In this document: positions 1-10,115 of the stretch, in pieces
Numbering within the stretch: position 1 is the first letter of the stretch
Layout: each line of letters begins with the position of its first letter
NCBI GenBank assembly: GCA_963663965.2
Contig: CAXXFK010000020.1
Location: forward strand, 64,001-128,000
DNA length: 64,000 nt
Direction: 5' to 3'
Source of the DNA: Sedimentisphaerales bacterium
GTDB lineage: Bacteria; Planctomycetota; Phycisphaerae; Sedimentisphaerales; SM23-30
Notes under the pieces: generated by a model
Seen by the model: only the letters and a program-made list of their open reading frames with translations
Told to the model about the DNA's origin: nothing
Databases searched by the model: none
Translations under genes and position numbers: made by a program

Positions 1-2
1 AT

Positions 3-899
3 TTTGGTTTAATGAACCATTTTGGCGGTCCGTGGCAAGGCTCTGCCAACTGCCCCTGGATTGACCATTATATCAAAATGGCCAATCAGGCGATTATCCA
101 GACAAAAGCGTACGACCCAAATATCAAGTTGATTACTAATGAAGATGTCTGGACCAATCATTATTGGTATCTGGAGGGCAAACTGGATAAACGTCTCGAT
201 GGATTCGCGATACATCCTTATATCCTTGGAGAGGGTTCATCAGGACCGGAAATCGCCCATTTCGGGCAGGATCCCAATGGCTGGATGAAGGAGTGGACGA
301 TTATTGATCAAGACCGTTCCAACCGATCTCTGATGCGCCGGCTGAGGGCGCAATATGCCCGGAAAATTGGACGGCCTCTTGATATGTACATTACCGAATG
401 GGGCTACCCCCTGAACCAGTTCAAAGGCAGCCCATGGGAAGTCACCGAAGAATTAGCCGCCGCGTTCCTTCCTCGTGTTTATATCATTGGTGTTGCTGCT
501 GGCGCCCGAGTTGTATGCTGGCATTGCAGCCAGGATATGGGTGATGGCCCCTTTGGCCTGATCGGCAATAACCAGGAAAAGCGAAAAACTTATTATGCGC
601 TGAAAACCATGATTGAAGAGTTGAAAAACTACCAACTGGTAAAACAGATTTCCGGATTGAATATGACCACAACTGGAATTCAAGCTTATTTGTTCAAAGG
701 CCAAGAAGGATACCAACTGGTTGCCTGGAATATTGAAGGGGACGTTGAAGTTCGGCTGAATCCAGCATCCGAAATGCCCTGCAAAATCATTGACCATTTT
801 GGCAGGGAATTAAATATCTCTTCCAATTCATTCAAACTGAGCCAAGCCCCGCTCTACATTAAAGGGGTAGGCCTGAATTGCTCCTTATCGGAAAAGTAA
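3..899 (+). CDS. Clan GH-A glycoside hydrolase (GH39/GH5-like), 5'-truncated by window edge
   Basis: Frame open from window start; FAIHPY and YITEWG (nucleophile-like) motifs, FGL..N...RK.YYA, C-terminal beta-sandwich ending LSQAPLYI. Confidence 0.7.
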   Translation, partial: FGLMNHFGGPWQGSANCPWIDHYIKMANQAIIQTKAYDPNIKLITNEDVWTNHYWYLEGKLDKRLDGFAIHPYILGEGSSGPEIAHFGQDPNGWMKEWTIIDQDRSNRSLMRRLRAQYARKIGRPLDMYITEWGYPLNQFKGSPWEVTEELAAAFLPRVYIIGVAAGARVVCWHCSQDMGDGPFGLIGNNQEKRKTYYALKTMIEELKNYQLVKQISGLNMTTTGIQAYLFKGQEGYQLVAWNIEGDVEVRLNPASEMPCKIIDHFGRELNISSNSFKLSQAPLYIKGVGLNCSLSEK

Positions 900-1151
900 G
901 AGGTTTATAAGTTATACCAGCGTTTGGGTGGTTGGGGCGGGGCACGCCGGGGATTGGCGGGTGGTTTGAGGGCCATTGGGTCGACTTTGGTATTATTGAC
1001 CGAGTTGTCATAAGAAGAAAAGTAAATATTATGTATTTTCATTGCATAATATTTATAACTTTACATTTTTGTGGTAGTTAATTTTAGATGCAAAGCTCAG
1101 ATGACTTATTCTTAATGATGTATTATTTAAAGATTTATGTTGATTTCAGGT

Positions 1152-1186
1152 TGTCAACAAAATAATATCCACTGTGTTTTATAAAG
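1152..1186. repeat. 35-bp dispersed intergenic motif, copy 1 (TGTCAACAAAATAATATCCACTGTGTTTTATAAAG)
   Basis: Aligns without gaps to copies at 22856 and 31113. Confidence 0.8.
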
Positions 1187-1310
1187 ACCGGCAACCCGCC
1201 TGAGGCGGATCTTCGATCCTTCGGGTTTCGGTAATGCTCATGCGGGCCTGATTGGTGTCGTGTGATGAGGGGATTGTTTGCGGGGGAAAACAGGTGAAGG
1301 AAACAAGTGT

Positions 1311-1387
1311 GGGAATTATGGGAAATATGGGAGTTATGGGACAATTAATTGAGGGCAGATTTGAAATTTGAGATCTGAGATATTAGA
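1311..1387. repeat. Short degenerate tandem repeats (9-mer GGGAATTAT-like x3; 7-mer ATTTGAA/ATTTGAG/ATCTGAG)
   Basis: Read directly: gggaattat gggaaatat gggagttat ggg; atttgaa atttgag atctgag. Confidence 0.65.
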
Positions 1388-1433
1388 AAAATATAACAGC
1401 CAATCAAACCACGGAAAGACGCGGAAAGACTCA

Positions 1434-1515
1434 GGGCGGTCAAGCCGCAACCAAAGAAGAAATAGTTCACACAAAGCCTCTAAGCCACGAAGATAAACAG
1501 CCATTTAGACAGGAT
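1434..1515 (+). repeat. ~80-bp direct repeat, copy A (starts with GCGGTCAAGCCGC hairpin)
   Basis: Near-identical to 2626-2705. Confidence 0.9.
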
Positions 1516-1890
1516 CACAGGATCGACAGGATAAAAAGTTCGAGGTCAAAATTTTGTTGTATAAGATATTAGATTTATTGTGCTTATAAAATATTAGGAT
1601 AAAAAGCTTGCTAAGAAAACAAAGCAATGAGGGATTGTAGTACGGAAAAAAGGCATAGCGGGGGGACTGGATGGATGGTGATGAGTGGTGAATATAAATG
1701 TGGAATTTGATATTACCGGTTGATTGTCAGATGGTTATGTTGAATATCGGGTGTGTTTATAAAACAAGATACTTTGGCTTGTAAAGACAGGGGATTTCAG
1801 ATAAACTAATGGTATGGTGACTGTCATATGATGGTGGCAGGTCAAAATCGGAATTCAATATTATATTTATGTAAGATACGGGAGGATGAT

Positions 1891-2598
1891 ATGTATCGAG
1901 TATTTTTTCATGTCGTTTTGGTTTGTTTTATTTGTGGATTGGCGGTTGCCGATCCGTTTTCCATTAATCCGCGGGCGACCTATCTGCGGACCAATCAGGA
2001 CACCGGATATAACGCGGAGCCATTTGTTCTGGCAGACTTATCCCTGGGACCGGGGGATTTTATCCGGCTGCAGCAATTGGGGGATTATCGGCCGGGCACG
2101 GCCGGAAGCCACCATGATACCAGCACGAGTATGATCGCGGTCTTCAGCGGGAGCAGTACCCTGCTGGCGTCCAATCAGCTCAACCGCGTTCCAGATGCCA
2201 TCGACGCGGGGATCGACTATGTCACACCGCTCACCTATCATGGCAGCCTGACGACCGATATCCCCGAAGATTTTTTTGTCGATGATGTTTATGTACAAAT
2301 CCCGCAAGGGGCGGCTTACCTGTTTATTACCGCCGCCGACTCGCTTTACTATGATAACACCGATCCGGATGGCGATTACGCGGTGAGTATCACACGTTGC
2401 ACCTGTCCCGCCGGGGATATCAATTCGGATTGCTTTGTTAACTTGTCCGACTTTTGCATTCTGGCATGCCAGTGGCAGGAGATTCCGGGAGAGGTATCCG
2501 CGGATATTTATCCTCAACCGGAAGGCGATGGGTTCGTGGATATGCTGGATTTAAGCGTATTGGCGGAAAACTGGCTGGCCGGGCCTTATTACGAATGA
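1891..2598 (+). CDS. Secreted protein with C-terminal dockerin/EF-hand-like duplicated domain
   Basis: GGAGG RBS at 1881 before ATG 1891; signal peptide; GDINSDCFVNLSDF and ADIYPQPEGDGFVDMLDLSVLAENWL repeats. Confidence 0.85.
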   Translation: MYRVFFHVVLVCFICGLAVADPFSINPRATYLRTNQDTGYNAEPFVLADLSLGPGDFIRLQQLGDYRPGTAGSHHDTSTSMIAVFSGSSTLLASNQLNRVPDAIDAGIDYVTPLTYHGSLTTDIPEDFFVDDVYVQIPQGAAYLFITAADSLYYDNTDPDGDYAVSITRCTCPAGDINSDCFVNLSDFCILACQWQEIPGEVSADIYPQPEGDGFVDMLDLSVLAENWLAGPYYE

Positions 2599-2625
2599 CT
2601 GCCGAATTAACCGCAGATGGACACG

Positions 2626-2705
2626 GGGCGGTCAAGCCGCAAGCAAAGAAAATAGTTCACACAAAGCCGTTAAGCCACAAAGATAAACAGCCATTTAGAC
2701 GGGAT
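2626..2705 (+). repeat. ~80-bp direct repeat, copy B
   Basis: Near-identical to 1434-1515. Confidence 0.9.
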
Positions 2706-2895
2706 AATAATTATCTTTTCAGATTCATATCCGGACCAAGGAGTTCAAACAGGATGAGCAGGGGACGGAGGGAAACACGGGCAGGATGGACGTGGTACGT
2801 TTGGCGAACGGTTCGGTTGATTTTTATTGTGGGAAAATACGGGGGATAGCCGACAAATGGGATATGGGAGATTGTCTATTAACCGAGTGTGAGTG

Positions 2896-4143
2896 ATGAA
2901 GAAAAAGTTTAAGAAAATTCTGATTAATCTGGCCTTGATGGGGATAACGCTGGTGGTGATGCTGATGCTGGCCGAACTGGTGCTGCATCTGGTCAGTAAG
3001 CCGGCGGTCGATCAGACGCTGGTGCGGATGTATGAATTCGATCCCTGGCTGAGCTGGCGGCCGGTTGCCAATCAGCGTTATCAGATTAAAACGGATGAGT
3101 TTGAAACCGAGTTTGTGACCAATCGGTATGGGTTTCGCGGGCCGGACTGGAGCCAGGCGAAACCGGCGGATACCTTGCGGGTGGTGGTGCTGGGCGATTC
3201 GTTTGCCGAGGGTCAGCATGTCGGTTATGAGGCGCTGTTTTCCGAGCAGCTGAAAGCGATGCTGGAACAGGCGCCGGAGCTGGCCGGGCGGCGGGTCGAG
3301 ATGATCAATACGGGGGTCTGCGGTTATAACACGGCCCAGGAACTGGAGATGTTCGACCGGGTGGCCCGTGACTTTGAGCCGGATCTGACCATTCTGCTGG
3401 TCTGTTATAACGATCTTCTGCTGAATAATCGGGACTGGGACGCGTTTCATCAGATAGCGATTCCCCATTTTGAATGGCAAGCCGGCGCGCTGACGGCCAC
3501 CAACCTGCCGCTGGAGCCGGTACGGGAACGGCCCTTTGACCGGCAGCCGGCGAATACAACCTGGAAAAGCCGGCTGGTGAGTCATTCCAAGCTGTGTCAA
3601 TTATTGCGTGACGCGGTGAATAATCATCACGGGCTGTTGACGCTGGCAGTGAAGCTGGGTATTAAAAAGCTGCCCGCGGAGATGCGGCGCAGGCCGGATG
3701 GCGAGATCGATCCGATTCCGATGGATTATTATTTCTGGAAGACGCCGTACCTGGATGAGATCGAGCAGGCGTGGGATATCACCGAAAAGCTGATGGTGGA
3801 ATTAAAGGCCAGGGTACAGGCGGCGGGCAGCGGGCTGCTGGTGTTGAATGTGCCGAATCTGGCGGAGATCGAACCGGCGGTGTTGGAGGATACCCGGCAG
3901 AAATATGGGATACCCGAGGATTGGGATCCTCATCAGATCGGGCGGGAGCTGGGACTGCGCTGCGCCGGCAACGGGATCGAATGCCTGTGGCAGATTGAGC
4001 CGTGGCTGGCAAAGGCGGGCGAATTGGAGGCGAACGATGAGATGCTATACTTTGTGCATAACGGGCACTGGAACGAAGCGGGGCATCGCTTTGTGGCGGA
4101 GCTGCTTTACCCGGCGGTAATGAAGCTGTTGACGCAGGAATAA
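2896..4143 (+). CDS. SGNH/GDSL hydrolase family protein (membrane-anchored, AlgX/AlgJ-like O-acyltransferase/esterase)
   Basis: N-terminal TM; LGDSF block I, INTGVCGY block II, YND block III, NGHWNEAGH block V. Confidence 0.85.
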   Translation: MKKKFKKILINLALMGITLVVMLMLAELVLHLVSKPAVDQTLVRMYEFDPWLSWRPVANQRYQIKTDEFETEFVTNRYGFRGPDWSQAKPADTLRVVVLGDSFAEGQHVGYEALFSEQLKAMLEQAPELAGRRVEMINTGVCGYNTAQELEMFDRVARDFEPDLTILLVCYNDLLLNNRDWDAFHQIAIPHFEWQAGALTATNLPLEPVRERPFDRQPANTTWKSRLVSHSKLCQLLRDAVNNHHGLLTLAVKLGIKKLPAEMRRRPDGEIDPIPMDYYFWKTPYLDEIEQAWDITEKLMVELKARVQAAGSGLLVLNVPNLAEIEPAVLEDTRQKYGIPEDWDPHQIGRELGLRCAGNGIECLWQIEPWLAKAGELEANDEMLYFVHNGHWNEAGHRFVAELLYPAVMKLLTQE

Positions 4144-4229
4144 AACATCAGCGATCCCCCATGAGTGGTCGAGCAATCCATTGCCGGGTCGGCCAAAGAC
4201 ACCGGTTGACTGAAGCGCGATTTTATATT

Positions 4230-6314
4230 TTATTGCGGGCCGGTAAAGGTATAGGAGCCGGAGCCGACGGTGTAGATGGCTTTGTTATCCTGACAGAGCC
4301 GGGGGATATCGCGGTTTTCGGTGAGGTTGACGGATTGGGGGTTGGAAGACTTGAGAATAATATCGGCGCGGGTATTGACCGGGACATGCACCCGGCAGGT
4401 GAACCGGTGGTCCTTGATATTCCAGTGAACCCGGATCGGGCCGTAGGGCGAACGGTGTTCGGCCTGGACCCAGTCGATGCCGGTGGCGAATTCGGGCTGG
4501 ATGATGAACTGTTTGAAGCCGGGGGCGTTGGGCACCGGGCGGATACCGCCGAGATAGCTGTAGAACCAACCGCTGATATCGCCATACATGATGTGGTTTC
4601 GGGAGCCGGGGCTGTTGGTCCAGTTTTCATATAAGGTGGTCGCGCCGTTTTCGATCCAGTATCCGTAACCGGGCTGGGTTTTCTGGTTGAGCAGGGTCAT
4701 GGCCAGATCGGTCCGGTCCATATCGCTGAGAACGCGGAAAATGCATTTGGCGCCGAGAATGCCGGTGTCGTGATGGTTGTCGCGGGCGTGGATGGCGTCG
4801 ACCAGCTTCTTTTGTACGGCTTTGGTTTCGGAAGGTGGAACGAGGCCATAAAAGAGTGACATGGCCTGGGCGGTCTGCTGGCCGGTGTCATAGAGGCCGG
4901 AGCCGTGATAGAATTTCTGGTGGTAGGCGGTTTTGACTTTTTGTGACAGGTCGGCAAAATGTTGGGCGTCCTGATCCCGGTCCAGGATGCGGGCGAAGCG
5001 TTCCATGAGAACGGTGTCATAATAGAAATAGGCGGTCGCGGTGAGAGGGACCGGGGTCGCGCTGCCGCCGTCGTTGGCCCAGTCGCCCAGTCCGAAGTTC
5101 ACGATCCAGTTGCTGGACTGGATTCGGTTTTCGACATTGGCGATATAGGCTTTCATCGAGTCGTAATGGTCACTGATAACGCGGGTGTCGTGGCGGTAGA
5201 GATAGAGATACCACGCGACGATCATATAGGCGCTGTCCCATTCGGTGAGCTCGCGTGAGCCCCAGCCGGGCGAGGGGATGATACAACTATAACGGCCGTT
5301 CTGGTCCTGGTCATCCTGGAAGTCGTTAAGCCATTTTTCGTAGGCGGGCAGATTGGCGTAATTGAGCATGGCCTGTTCGGCGGCGAGATGGGCATCCGCG
5401 GTCCAGCCGTTTTTTTCACGCTGGGGACAATCGGTGGGGATACCGACGAAATTGCTTTTGTAACTGCGGTCGGTCATTTCCTGGATGGTGTTGAACAACT
5501 CGCTGGAACACTTGAAGGAGCCGATGGTTTCGAAGTCGGTATGGACTGTCTGGGCCTGGATGGTCTCGGAAGTGGGTGTTTCGGTCAGACCGGTGACTTC
5601 GAGGTATTGAAAGCCATGGTAGACAAAGCGGGGATGCCATTGTTCGGGGCCCCGACCATTTAAATAGCAGGTATCGGTCTGGAAAGGACCGGAAAAAGTC
5701 AGGCCCTTGATTTTAGCGGTATCCAGCCGGCCATTATTCAGTTCTTCACCGTAGCGCAGGGTGATTTTCTGACCGCGTTTTCCGGTGATATTGAGCCGGG
5801 CCCAGCCGGCGATATTGACGCCGAAATCGATCAGGTAGACACCCTTTTCGGGTTCGGTGATGGCGATGGGTTTGATGGTTTGATGGATGGTAGTTGCCGG
5901 CATCACTTCGGCGCGCAATGTCCCGCCGGGAGGGGTGGCGAGAGTTACCGGTTGCCAGGTGGTTTGATTAAAGCCGGGTTGATCCCAGCCGGGTTGTTCC
6001 AGGCGCGCATCGTAGACTTCACCGCTGCGGACCGCATCGGCGACGAGCGGCCCGTTGGAAGCGGTCCAGGTGGTATCGGTGGCGATCCGGTCCGTGGCGC
6101 CATCGGTATAGGTGATGACGATTTCCAGCAAGGCTTTGGGTATGTCGCGCCAGGGCGCGGCGTGGTAATCCCAGGCGTCCCGGGTGTGGGGATTATACCA
6201 GCCGTTGGCGAGCATGATCCCGACGGCGTTGTCTCCTGTTTTGAGATAGCCGGACAGATCGTAAGTAGAATAGAGTACGGTTTTGTTATAATTGGTGATT
6301 ACCGGATCCAGCAC
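4230..6314 (-). CDS. Alpha-L-rhamnosidase GH78, C-terminal part of a frameshifted gene (full locus 4230-7402)
   Basis: PTDCPQREKNGWTAD, DFGVNIAGW, ATTLYENW, SRNHIMYG motifs; frame stays open upstream to ~6433 (SPLIRKEF...GLGCYEL). Confidence 0.9.
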   Translation of the reverse strand: MLDPVITNYNKTVLYSTYDLSGYLKTGDNAVGIMLANGWYNPHTRDAWDYHAAPWRDIPKALLEIVITYTDGATDRIATDTTWTASNGPLVADAVRSGEVYDARLEQPGWDQPGFNQTTWQPVTLATPPGGTLRAEVMPATTIHQTIKPIAITEPEKGVYLIDFGVNIAGWARLNITGKRGQKITLRYGEELNNGRLDTAKIKGLTFSGPFQTDTCYLNGRGPEQWHPRFVYHGFQYLEVTGLTETPTSETIQAQTVHTDFETIGSFKCSSELFNTIQEMTDRSYKSNFVGIPTDCPQREKNGWTADAHLAAEQAMLNYANLPAYEKWLNDFQDDQDQNGRYSCIIPSPGWGSRELTEWDSAYMIVAWYLYLYRHDTRVISDHYDSMKAYIANVENRIQSSNWIVNFGLGDWANDGGSATPVPLTATAYFYYDTVLMERFARILDRDQDAQHFADLSQKVKTAYHQKFYHGSGLYDTGQQTAQAMSLFYGLVPPSETKAVQKKLVDAIHARDNHHDTGILGAKCIFRVLSDMDRTDLAMTLLNQKTQPGYGYWIENGATTLYENWTNSPGSRNHIMYGDISGWFYSYLGGIRPVPNAPGFKQFIIQPEFATGIDWVQAEHRSPYGPIRVHWNIKDHRFTCRVHVPVNTRADIILKSSNPQSVNLTENRDIPRLCQDNKAIYTVGSGSYTFTGPQ

Positions 6315-6421
6315 TTTGTGGCCGACTTTTTGGCCGTTGATGCTTAATTCGTAACAGCCCAGGCCGGAAATGACGGCATAAGCCGACTGGATTTCTTTCG
6401 TAAACGTAAATTCTTTTCTTA

Positions 6422-7402
6422 TTAACGGACTGGGGCGTTATCCTGGGTCCAGAAGGTGTCCTGGCCCGGCCCCCCTACCCGGCCCCACGGGCCATTGCCG
6501 TAGCGGTGGAGTTCCCGGACCGGCCCCGGTTCGGATGACGATTGCAGTTCCAGTTGGCGCACCTGCCAGGCGCTATCGGAGACCAGAACTTTTTGTTCGT
6601 TTGCATCCTGCCAGGCGATTTTACAGATCATGCCGCCGGGGCCCGGCGAGGTGTTTTTGATTTCGATTTCGAATAGATTGCTGCCGTCGCGCAAATATTT
6701 AAGCACATCATACATGGAGGCGACCTGCCAGCTATCGCCGGCGCCCACCGGGGTGCCATTGACACGCAGGCGAAAAGTGTCATCGGCGGTGAGGAGAATC
6801 AGGGCGGATTTGAGTTGTCGGGTATTTTTCAGGTCGACGGTCCGACTGAACAGCAGGGTTTCAGGGGCCAATTTACTTAACGGGGTGTCAACCGCCCGCC
6901 AAAGCCAGCGGGCATCGTTCAGATCGATCGGCATATTTGAATGGTAGGCCTCATGTTCAAGGGGTCTGGACCAGGTAATCCACTTTGCTTCGATTTCGTC
7001 TGGATTCATCAATCCGGTCATCCAATTGCCGACCGGACTCCATGCGGTGACTTGGTCATCTTTATCCCAGGCGCGGACTTTCCAATAATATCGGGTGAGG
7101 CTCTGAAGCGGTTTGCCATCATAACGGATATTGATGGATTGATCGGTATGGGTTTTTCTGGAATTCCAGTAATTGGCTTCGTTTTCGGTGAGTAATTCCG
7201 GTTGGTCGGCTACGAGAATCTGATAAGCGGTCTGAGTCTGGTCATAGTCGCTCGACTCCAGGATCCAACTCAAGCGTGGATGTGATGTGTCGACGCCAAC
7301 CAGACCGGTCTGATACTCACACTTAAGATCGGATACGACCATTCCGGCCAGACTGGCAGTTATTACACACAATATGAACATGAAGGATATTATTTTAGAC
7401 AT
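6422..7402 (-). CDS. Alpha-L-rhamnosidase GH78, N-terminal part (signal peptide, Fn3-like and beta-sandwich domains)
   Basis: LKCEY..GVD..PRLSW, QTAYQILVA, YYWKVRAW typical of GH78 N-termini; separated from the C-terminal part by a 1-nt deletion at 6432-6435. Confidence 0.85.
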   Translation of the reverse strand: MSKIISFMFILCVITASLAGMVVSDLKCEYQTGLVGVDTSHPRLSWILESSDYDQTQTAYQILVADQPELLTENEANYWNSRKTHTDQSINIRYDGKPLQSLTRYYWKVRAWDKDDQVTAWSPVGNWMTGLMNPDEIEAKWITWSRPLEHEAYHSNMPIDLNDARWLWRAVDTPLSKLAPETLLFSRTVDLKNTRQLKSALILLTADDTFRLRVNGTPVGAGDSWQVASMYDVLKYLRDGSNLFEIEIKNTSPGPGGMICKIAWQDANEQKVLVSDSAWQVRQLELQSSSEPGPVRELHRYGNGPWGRVGGPGQDTFWTQDNAPVR

Positions 7403-7620
7403 GTCGATCTCCTGAGACAGGTTGTTTCAACAGGGTAGCATTCCAAGTGTCGATTATCTTTATAGTCAACTTATATCGTATCAATTTATTGCTTTCAATA
7501 TTTTTAGTTCAGGTGCACTAAAAACTGGAAAGCGCCTGAGATTGGCAGTAAGTGATGGTATAATTGGCATAAGGGAAAAGCCCGGCAGGGCAAACCGATG
7601 AGATGTGACCGGTTGGGTTT

Positions 7621-10098
7621 TTATGAATTCGATGAAAGTACTGAAGGATACATATTAGTCCAGCATGAAATCTTATCGATCAGATCATCGATTTCAAAAG
7701 GCTTGCTGAGATAGTCATCCATGCCGGCTTCGAGACAGATTTCGCGATCGCCTTTGACCGCGTTGGCGGTGAGGGCGATAACGGGGATATGGCGACTATC
7801 GGGACAGAATCGTTTGCCGGCGCTTTCTTCGCGCCGAAGTCGGCGGGTTGCCTCAAAACCATCCATAACGGGCATGGCACAATCCATTAAAACCAAATGA
7901 TATTGTTTTTGACCGAGGGCCTGGAGGGCCTGTTGGCCGTTTTCGGCCAGATCACAGAGATAACCGTGTTGAACGATAATCTCGCGAGCGATCTCGGCAT
8001 TGATTTCATTATCTTCAACCAAGAGAATGCGCTTATGGGACACGGACCGGTCCGACTTGCTATTTGAGACGGGCTCATCGGCGTGTTTTGACATATCATT
8101 ATCATCCGGTAAGACGAGATTAGAGAACAGGCGATAGAGCGTCGATTGCAGGATGGGTTTGACCGCGATTTCATTGAAAGCGCAACGCTGGACCTGCTCG
8201 AGACTGTAGTGTTCTGAGGCCATTAAAATGATATCGAGCAGCCGATCCTGGGCATGTTCTTTGAGTTTTCGAGCCAGGATTTCCGGATCCAGATCGGAGA
8301 TGTTCTCATCGATAAAGACCATTTCCCAGTTATTGGCCGGACGTGAGGCGTGTTCGAGCCGATCAATGACCGACCCGGCGCTGGATTCGAAATCAACCGG
8401 GCAACCACAGGAGGTAAGGATTTTTCGGATGTTTGCCCCAACGGATTGATCTTCAGTTACAATAAGGACATTAACGGGAGCGCCAAGATCTACAGACTGG
8501 TTTTCCATCGAGCGGGCTCGCTTGAGGGTGAGACAAAACCAGAAATTCGCGCCCTGACCTTCCTCGCTGTCGACCCCGATAACACCACCCATCATTTCCA
8601 CCAAAAGTTTACAGATGGACAGGCCCAGTCCAGAACCACCGTATTGCCGGGTAGTGGAACTATCGACCTGGCTGAAATGCTGAAAAAGACGATCCTGGCG
8701 TTCTTTTGGGATACCGATCCCGGTATCGATCACCTGGAATTTAACCGTGACTGTTTGCGGGGTCTGGCTTTCAAGAGAGCAGATCACTTCGATACTCCCC
8801 TGACTGGTGAACTTCAAGGCATTACCAACCAGATTAATAAGAACCTGTTTGATACGAAAGGCATCGCCCAGGACCATGGAGGTTAATTCGGGCTGAACCC
8901 AGGACAACAGGCTAAGTTGTTTTTCGGCGGCGCGGATTGCCATCATACTGATGACCTCTTCCTGGAGTGTCAACAGATCAAAAGCCATTTCTTCCAGAGA
9001 CATTTTACCGGCCTCGATTTTGGACAGATCGAGGATATTATCAATTAACGACAGCAGGGTCTGGGCGGAGCCAGCCGCGACCTCGGCGAAATGCTGCTGG
9101 CGCTGATGTAATTCGGTGCGCCGGAGCAGGTTCAGCATGCCGATGATGCCGTTCATAGGCGTACGGATCTCGTGGCTCATGGTAGCGAGGAACTCGCTTT
9201 TGGCCTTATTGGCGGCCTCAGCCTGTTCTTTGGCCCGGAGGTAATCCCGGGTCCGCCGCTGAACCTCCTGTTCGAGGTTATCGCGCGCCTGAGTGACCCG
9301 TTGTTCAGCCAGTTTGCGCTGTTCAATTTCATGATTCAACAAATCGATCGAAGTGGTACTTTCCTGCAGTTCATTCAGCATCCGGTTAAACGCAAGACCA
9401 ATCTGCCCGATATCATCCTGAGCATAGACCGGCACCCGCCGCTCCATGTTGTTTTCCGCGATGATGGATTGAATGGTTTTGAAGATCGCGCTCAACGGGC
9501 GATTTAAAATCAGATTCAAACCCAACAGGAGCAACAAAAAGGCCAGCCCGAAGGTCCCCAGGAAAATCGATAAAAAATGGGTGACCAAATGAACGATTTT
9601 GGCATCGATCACATCCCCCGGGGCCGAGATGTAAACCGAATAAAGGGAGTTCTCGCCCGGCATTTCAGACAAAGGAATCAAGGCAAAATAGCAGCGATCT
9701 CCATCCGGATTTCGACCGGTGATTTCCTTTCCGGTTTTTTTCAGCCAGAGTTTGGCATGACTGGCATCGAGATTGGTGTTGGCGACCTGGGATCGATTTT
9801 GAAAAATAATCCGACCCTCATCATTCATAATCGCGGCATATTGTATGACTTTATTCCGGTTCACCAGATCGTCACAAACCCGATCGAATCCTTCGATATC
9901 TTCAACGGCGATTCCCAGCGAACGAATCCGGTTCAGCTGACTTTTGAGTTCCCCCCCCACCACCAGCAGGGAGGAATGGAGTTCGGCAAGATAAGCCTGC
10001 CGCATGCCCTGGCTGATAAAATAAACACTGACCACACTGGACGTCATCAGCGTCAGCGAAAAATAAATCAAGATTTTACCACGAACACTAAATTTCAT
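7621..10098 (-). CDS. Hybrid sensor histidine kinase/response regulator (2 TM, HAMP, HisKA, HATPase, two REC domains)
   Basis: [16 protein letters not shown]-box, [11 protein letters not shown]-box, [28 protein letters not shown]. Confidence 0.95.
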   Translation of the reverse strand: MKFSVRGKILIYFSLTLMTSSVVSVYFISQGMRQAYLAELHSSLLVVGGELKSQLNRIRSLGIAVEDIEGFDRVCDDLVNRNKVIQYAAIMNDEGRIIFQNRSQVANTNLDASHAKLWLKKTGKEITGRNPDGDRCYFALIPLSEMPGENSLYSVYISAPGDVIDAKIVHLVTHFLSIFLGTFGLAFLLLLLGLNLILNRPLSAIFKTIQSIIAENNMERRVPVYAQDDIGQIGLAFNRMLNELQESTTSIDLLNHEIEQRKLAEQRVTQARDNLEQEVQRRTRDYLRAKEQAEAANKAKSEFLATMSHEIRTPMNGIIGMLNLLRRTELHQRQQHFAEVAAGSAQTLLSLIDNILDLSKIEAGKMSLEEMAFDLLTLQEEVISMMAIRAAEKQLSLLSWVQPELTSMVLGDAFRIKQVLINLVGNALKFTSQGSIEVICSLESQTPQTVTVKFQVIDTGIGIPKERQDRLFQHFSQVDSSTTRQYGGSGLGLSICKLLVEMMGGVIGVDSEEGQGANFWFCLTLKRARSMENQSVDLGAPVNVLIVTEDQSVGANIRKILTSCGCPVDFESSAGSVIDRLEHASRPANNWEMVFIDENISDLDPEILARKLKEHAQDRLLDIILMASEHYSLEQVQRCAFNEIAVKPILQSTLYRLFSNLVLPDDNDMSKHADEPVSNSKSDRSVSHKRILLVEDNEINAEIAREIIVQHGYLCDLAENGQQALQALGQKQYHLVLMDCAMPVMDGFEATRRLRREESAGKRFCPDSRHIPVIALTANAVKGDREICLEAGMDDYLSKPFEIDDLIDKISCWTNMYPSVLSSNS

Positions 10099-10115
10099 TT
10101 CGGGGCTCGACTTCG

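Noticed and set aside
1023..1066. AT-rich palindrome TAAATATTATG...CATAATATTTA as a dif site
   Set aside because: No XerD arm (TTATGTTAAAT) at the correct 6-bp spacing; at most an operator
1311..2705. CRISPR array or integron cassette array
   Set aside because: No regularly spaced repeat-spacer units, cas genes, attC-type ends or integrase
6422..6440. Programmed ribosomal frameshift in GH78 (and tkt)
   Set aside because: No canonical slippery heptamer; homopolymer indel error is simpler
7570..7622. GGGCAAACC-containing hairpin region resembling a c-di-GMP-I riboswitch
   Set aside because: Lacks the GAAA tetraloop and GACGCAAA segment, and no plus-strand gene follows; more likely a terminator-like structure
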